Below are positions 7,346 to 11,505 of a stretch of 11,505 nt of DNA, piece by piece. The stretch lies in IMG/VR virus record IMGVR_UViG_3300025713_000004; one strand, written 5' to 3'. The first letter of the stretch is position 1. Each line of letters starts with the position of its first letter. The stretch comes from a virus. Lineage: Duplodnaviria > Heunggongvirae > Uroviricota > Caudoviricetes. The translations under genes were made by a program, and so were the position numbers. A model generated the notes under the pieces. The model did no database searches. It was not told the origin of the DNA and saw nothing but the letters and a program-made list of their open reading frames with translations.

Positions 7346-10300
7346 ATGGCAGTTGGTACAAAAATTTTAATAAATGATTCTAAAGTTGACCAAAAAGGAA
7401 CTTTAACATTATGTGGATGTAATCAAATTAATAGTACGGGTTCTTTAGTATATTTAACAGACCAAACACAAGATTATAATTGTCTATCCGTACCCCATGT
7501 TGGTTATGTTACAGGTATAACTAGTGGTGTTTTAACTTGTTTAAATAGTTGTTTTTATAATAAAACAGAAATTAATAAATATACAGGAGATACCGATAAT
7601 AGATTAACTGATATTGAAAGTATAACAAATGTTGCAGTAACAGGTGCTTCCAATGGAATAACAAAAATTGATTCACATAATATTGAATTAGGTGGTAGTT
7701 TAACTAAAAACACAACAATTTCGGGTTCTTATGGTTTTGGTGTTAATAGTAATACAATAAAATTTAGTGGTGTAACAAGTGGTGTTGAAATTGGTGGAAG
7801 TGGATTGTATTTAACTGCAAATATTCCTGGAAGTGGTGGATTACTTTGTTTAGGTGGTTCTGGTGAAGTTTGTCAAACATCTTTAGCAGCATTTGGTGGA
7901 ATTACTGGTGGAACAAATGGTATTGTTGATTGTGGAAATCAAAATGTTGGATTGGGTGGTGTTCTTTCTTCTAGTACTACTATTTGTGGTGATGGAAATA
8001 ATTTAAGTTTAGGTTCTGCTGGAAGTAAATTAGGTTTATTAACAATAAATAGTAGTGAAAATATTGGTATTAATAGCGATAAAAATTTACAAATATCAAT
8101 ATCGGGTGGTACTATTACTACTTCAGATGGAATGGGTTTAAGATATTCTTCTGACTATTCAGATACTTTTGTTGATAATTCATTAATTACTAAACGCTAT
8201 GTTGATAATATTGTTTACGGTATTGACCCAAAATCGGCAGTTCTTGTTGCAACAACAGCAAATATTGATGAATTGATTGATATTAAAACTATTGATGGTA
8301 TTAGTTTAACTGGTGGTGATAGAATTTTAGTAAAAGACCAAGATGATAAAACGGAAAATGGTATTTATATTGTTAATGATGGTAATTGGTATCGTGCAAA
8401 CGATTTTGATGGTACTCCAAGTGGCGAAGTTACGCAAGGTGCATTAATACCAGTAATAACAGGAAATACTAATGCAAATACATTGTGGATATTGACATCT
8501 AAAGACCCAATTACTATAGATGTAGATGAATTAATTTTTACTAAATTTTCACAACTAATTGATGTTTCAAGTGGTAATGGTATTGATATATCAACAGTTG
8601 GTGCAGTAAAAACAATTAGTGTTGACTTAGCAGATAATTCGGGTTTGTGTTTTAGTAGTTCAGAATTGACAATAAACAGCAGTATTGCAGGTTCTGGATT
8701 ATGTTGGAAAAACGGTGTTATTAATGTAGATGTACCAACAGGTGGCACTACTGGTGTTCCTGTTAAATTTGATGATTCTTATGATTTAATTGTTGAAACT
8801 TCAGCAATAAATAATGTATTGGGTGGTGTTTTAAGTGGAAGTACAAATGGATTAACTGATAATAATGGTATTGTTTGTTTGGGTGGTCAATTAATAACAT
8901 CAACAGTAATTTGTGGTAATGATGTTTGTGGTTTGACTTATCAAGATACTGCAATAACAAATAAACGTGGTATTCAATATGCTGATGATTATAGTGCTAC
9001 TTTTGTGGCAAGAAGTTTGGTTGATGCTGGGTTTGTAACAGGATTAACATCAACATCAGGAATTCAAACAGCATGTAATGGTTTAACAAAAGAAGGTAAT
9101 GTTGTTGTATTGGGTGGTACATTAACAGGAAATACTACAATTGATATCAATAATGGTAATTTATTGGTTACTGATGGTGCTGGTAATTTTGGTGCTGATA
9201 TTGCAACAACTTATGTTCAGTTAGGTGATATTAATGGTGTTTGTGGACATTTATATGTGGATGATTGTGGTTCGTTTATTTGTATGAGAAATGCTACGGG
9301 TACTACATACGGAGAGTTTTGTTTTGATTCAACAACTATTAATGGTTTTGTAAGTGATAGTATTGATATTGGGTCATTAAATTTAACAAAGAGTTGTTAT
9401 CAAATAGATGTTGCTTGTGGAAGTAATGTTATTAGAGAACAAATGCTTGCATCATTACCTGAGTATATTGTCTATGCTTGTGGAAGTAATAAACAAATGT
9501 TTGCAGGAGCACTCAAAGTTCCCGCTATGGCATGTTGTGGTGCAATCTATGCTACATCAGCAGGTGCAGGAGTTTCATTCGGTAACGGTTCGATTACTTC
9601 AATACATTCAACAGCATTAGGAAACGCAAAAGTAGCAGTAGGAAATGTAATGGTTGATGTGTGTGGTGAAAGCATTAATATAACAACTGATTGTGTTGGT
9701 TCAACACAATATATTGACTTAGACTATCCAACTAATTTAATAACTATTGAATCAACTTGTGTTAATGTTGGATTAGGTAGCACTACAAATATTTTAATTG
9801 ATGGTAATGCAGATAGTATTTTAGTTAATACAACTGGTGTTCAACTATGCTTACAACAATCTGGTGGTAATATCTTTACCGATACTGTTAACAGTAAAGG
9901 TCTTGAATATGCTGAAGATTATAGTATAAACTTTACAGACCGTTCATTGGTTGATAAAGCATATGTTGATGGTGCTGTAGTATCAGGAACATCATTAATT
10001 TATGCATGTAATGGTTTAACAAAAGTTGATAATACAATTGCTTTGGGTGGTACATTAACTGGTGATACTTGGATATGTATACCTTCAGATGCATGTTTTG
10101 CTTTTGGTGATGCAACAACAGTTAATACCAACATCCAAATAATACGTACTTCAGGTAATGAATCGATTAATATGTATACCAATGGCACTACATTCTGGTC
10201 AGATTTATATCTTCATGATGGTAATTCTGCATTACGTTATTATGATTGCAATGCAGTAACAACATCTGAGTTAGTGGTAGAACCAAATCGTGCTAAAATG

Positions 10301-10885
10301 ATTGTTAATGATGGTAATTCAGAAATTGATGTAGATATTAACTATATTCAACTTGGTTATTATGGTACAGGTAATAATGAAATTTATTTAGATTCAGCAG
10401 GTATTTCATTCTTGTCAGATACTGCAATTATTTTGGGTGATGCTTCATATTATAATAGTCAAGTATTCATTTGTGCTCCAATAACATCGGGTTCAACAAG
10501 TGACCAAGTTATTGTTAGAGATTCAAGCACTGGTGAACTTAAAACAGTTGCAGGTAGTTCATTAGGTGATAAGAACAACATCTATGCAATGACTGTTATT
10601 ACAACCAGCACTGATTTAACAACGGAAAGTACCTACGTACAAATTGTAAATTCTCCATCTGCTTCAATCACTGTTACATTACCTGCAACACCAATAGATG
10701 GTCAGGTATTTAGAATTAAAGACGGCGGAAATAATGCAGTTAACTTCCCAATTACTATTGCTCCTAATGGTAATTTAATAGATAATGCAGAAAATAATGC
10801 AACACTTAATACTGATGGTGGTGCTCTTGAACTGGTATATAACAATGAATTAGGTTCATGGTTTGTATTCTCATTTGTTAATTAA
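7346..10885 (+). CDS. ORF5: large tail-fibre-like virion protein, 1179 aa
   Basis: Contains a COG5301-like phage tail-fibre domain (DPKSAVLVATTANI...IDG..L..GDRILVKDQ...ENGIY...W.RA.D), five NG..LGG.L...T.I repeats, three Y..DY...SL...YV/FV motifs, and a C-terminal ITVTLP..P.DG...I.D domain resembling the T4 gp34 N-terminal repeats (recalled from memory). 33 Cys. Confidence 0.88.
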   Translation: MAVGTKILINDSKVDQKGTLTLCGCNQINSTGSLVYLTDQTQDYNCLSVPHVGYVTGITSGVLTCLNSCFYNKTEINKYTGDTDNRLTDIESITNVAVTGASNGITKIDSHNIELGGSLTKNTTISGSYGFGVNSNTIKFSGVTSGVEIGGSGLYLTANIPGSGGLLCLGGSGEVCQTSLAAFGGITGGTNGIVDCGNQNVGLGGVLSSSTTICGDGNNLSLGSAGSKLGLLTINSSENIGINSDKNLQISISGGTITTSDGMGLRYSSDYSDTFVDNSLITKRYVDNIVYGIDPKSAVLVATTANIDELIDIKTIDGISLTGGDRILVKDQDDKTENGIYIVNDGNWYRANDFDGTPSGEVTQGALIPVITGNTNANTLWILTSKDPITIDVDELIFTKFSQLIDVSSGNGIDISTVGAVKTISVDLADNSGLCFSSSELTINSSIAGSGLCWKNGVINVDVPTGGTTGVPVKFDDSYDLIVETSAINNVLGGVLSGSTNGLTDNNGIVCLGGQLITSTVICGNDVCGLTYQDTAITNKRGIQYADDYSATFVARSLVDAGFVTGLTSTSGIQTACNGLTKEGNVVVLGGTLTGNTTIDINNGNLLVTDGAGNFGADIATTYVQLGDINGVCGHLYVDDCGSFICMRNATGTTYGEFCFDSTTINGFVSDSIDIGSLNLTKSCYQIDVACGSNVIREQMLASLPEYIVYACGSNKQMFAGALKVPAMACCGAIYATSAGAGVSFGNGSITSIHSTALGNAKVAVGNVMVDVCGESINITTDCVGSTQYIDLDYPTNLITIESTCVNVGLGSTTNILIDGNADSILVNTTGVQLCLQQSGGNIFTDTVNSKGLEYAEDYSINFTDRSLVDKAYVDGAVVSGTSLIYACNGLTKVDNTIALGGTLTGDTWICIPSDACFAFGDATTVNTNIQIIRTSGNESINMYTNGTTFWSDLYLHDGNSALRYYDCNAVTTSELVVEPNRAKMIVNDGNSEIDVDINYIQLGYYGTGNNEIYLDSAGISFLSDTAIILGDASYYNSQVFICAPITSGSTSDQVIVRDSSTGELKTVAGSSLGDKNNIYAMTVITTSTDLTTESTYVQIVNSPSASITVTLPATPIDGQVFRIKDGGNNAVNFPITIAPNGNLIDNAENNATLNTDGGALELVYNNELGSWFVFSFVN
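8225..8551 (+). other. COG5301-like phage tail-fibre domain within ORF5 (aa ~294-402)
   Basis: Matches the widespread phage motif K.SV.VATTANI...IDGV.L..GDRVLVKDQ...ENGIY......W.RA.D.......G....V..G..NA...W.L....PI. This domain contains no Cys. Family name assigned from memory, not from a search. Confidence 0.7.
8837..8899 (+). repeat. 63-nt dispersed repeat, copy in ORF5 (partner at 6554-6616 in ORF4)
   Basis: 54/63 identical nt. Includes an AGT(Ser)/TGT(Cys) difference between the copies. Confidence 0.85.
9071..9136 (+). repeat. 66-nt direct repeat, copy 1 in ORF5 (partner at 10004-10069)
   Basis: 54/66 identical nt, with the first 22 nt GCATGTAATGGTTTAACAAAAG identical. Spacing is 933 nt = 311 codons, in frame. 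Confidence 0.85.
10004..10069 (+). repeat. 66-nt direct repeat, copy 2 in ORF5 (partner at 9071-9136)
   Basis: ACNGLTKVDNTIALGGTLTGDT vs ACNGLTKEGNVVVLGGTLTGNT; 54/66 nt identical. Confidence 0.85.
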
Positions 10886-10900
10886 TAGCGAAAATATAGA

Positions 10901-10945
10901 CAAGAAAAAAATGGGATTCGAAAGTTTCTCATTTTTTTTTGCTTG
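10901..10945 (+). terminator. Intrinsic terminator, possibly bidirectional
   Basis: A7-ATGGGATTC-GAAA-GTTTCTCAT-T9: stem with a GNRA tetraloop, one G-U pair and two U-U mismatches, flanked by an A-run and a T-run, plus outer CAAG/CTTG pairing. Starts 15 nt after the ORF5 stop. Confidence 0.8.
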
Positions 10946-10972
10946 TATTTTTGACTTTTCAGGATTATTTTC

Positions 10973-10981
10973 GTATTTATA
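10973..10981 (+). promoter_or_regulatory. Putative late promoter motif GTATTTATA upstream of the glycosyltransferase
   Basis: Same GTATTTAT core and T-rich upstream flank as 343-350. It lies ~30 nt after a terminator and ~45 nt before the ATG. Confidence 0.4.
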
Positions 10982-11024
10982 AAAAAATGTAAAAAATTAT
11001 AATTTTAAAATAAAAAGACTTATT

Positions 11025-11505
11025 ATGAAGAATGATGGTTCAATTAAACCAGATGATAAATTTGTTATATTTCATACAGAGGGGGGGCATGGTAAGCAGG
11101 TTTGCGCAACAGCAGTATGTCGTGCAATAAAAAAAGCATATCCTGATTATAAATTAATTGTTGTAACAGCATGGGACGGTCCGTTCTTTTACAATCCTGA
11201 TGTATGGAGATTCTATACATTTGGACAAATGCAATACTTTTATGATGATTATATCAAAGAGGATACAAAGATATTCAGACACGAAGTTTATCATAGTGAA
11301 GACCATATAATGCAAAGAAAGCATTTGACACAATCATGGTGTGATATGTATAATATTCCTTGGGATGGTTATAAACCAAAAATATATATTAATCCTCGTG
11401 AATTAGAAATTGCAAAAGATAAAATAAAACCAGATAATAGACCGATAATGTTATTGCAAACACATGGTGGTTCACCAAATTCACAATATAGTAAAAAATC
11501 TTGGT
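11025..11505 (+). CDS. Glycosyltransferase, GT9 (ADP-heptose:LPS heptosyltransferase-like, GT-B fold), 3'-truncated; absent from the ORF track
   Basis: ATG at 11025, open to the window end (160 codons): MKNDGSIKPDDKFVIFHTEGGHGKQVCATAVCRAIKKAYPDYKLIVVTAWDGPFFYNPDV...KPKIYINPRE...RPIMLLQTHGGSPNSQYSKKSW. The GG.G....AT.V.RAIKKAYPD.KLIVVT start and the P...L.THGG......K.W second-domain start follow the RfaF/WaaF-type pattern. Confidence 0.75.
   Translation, partial: MKNDGSIKPDDKFVIFHTEGGHGKQVCATAVCRAIKKAYPDYKLIVVTAWDGPFFYNPDVWRFYTFGQMQYFYDDYIKEDTKIFRHEVYHSEDHIMQRKHLTQSWCDMYNIPWDGYKPKIYINPRELEIAKDKIKPDNRPIMLLQTHGGSPNSQYSKKSW

Noticed and set aside
6554-10069. Diversity-generating retroelement template/variable repeat pairs
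   Set aside because: Mismatches are not confined to adenines of one copy (T/A, C/T, G/T also occur), both copies lie inside coding modules, and no reverse transcriptase is in the window.
878-10188. Short alternative-frame and antisense ORFs (878, 1087, 1403, 3115, 5449, 5756, 8365, 8763, 9408, 9933, 10000)
   Set aside because: They fully overlap long, motif-rich genes and have low-complexity L/I/V- or T/I-rich translations expected from the strong NNT codon bias; treated as shadow ORFs.
466-10885. Stop-codon recoding (TAG/TGA), as in some large phages
   Set aside because: About 3400 codons read through under the standard code with no internal TAG or TGA, and all genes end in TAA, so nothing here requires an alternative code.
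466-10885. Reassignment of TGT/TGC to another amino acid as the explanation for the Cys excess
   Set aside because: The residues aligned to Cys are heterogeneous (S, K, R, Q, D, N, T, Y, G), and the excess is domain-specific, with long Cys-free stretches. A genome-wide check on conserved enzymes would close this fully.
10946-11003. Host sigma-factor promoter (TAnnTTTG at 10946-10953, TTGACT at 10951-10956, TATAAT at 10998-11003)
   Set aside because: The elements are not correctly spaced with partner boxes: no TTTG 19-21 nt upstream of the -7 box, and 41 nt between TTGACT and TATAAT.
1-11505. tRNA, rRNA, CRISPR array, integrase or IS element
   Set aside because: No cloverleaf, regularly spaced repeat-spacer array, terminal inverted repeats or recombinase motifs were seen; intergenic space is too small.

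Overview
AT-rich window (roughly 30% GC by eye), densely coding on the + strand. It most likely comes from a large tailed (jumbo-type) bacteriophage; the host may be Bacteroidota-like because there are no Shine-Dalgarno motifs, but that is an inference. The window holds the 3' end of an unknown gene, a hairpin terminator and a putative late-promoter motif with a structured leader. An operon of five paralogous, modular fibre/decoration-like virion proteins follows (381, 872, 653, 344 and 1179 aa). After a second terminator and the same promoter-like motif comes the 5' part of a GT9 (heptosyltransferase-like) glycosyltransferase that the ORF track missed because it runs off the window. The most striking signal is cysteine usage. 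The five proteins carry about 120 Cys in 3429 aa (manual count, about 3.5%; about 10% in the ORF1 body). These Cys sit where paralogous copies in this same window have S/T/K/R/Q/D/N/Y, typically between two hydrophobic residues, while several anchor-like domains are Cys-free. This suggests a thiol-decorated virion surface, possibly coupled to the neighbouring glycosyltransferase. No tRNA, rRNA, CRISPR array, integrase, transposase or reverse transcriptase is visible.
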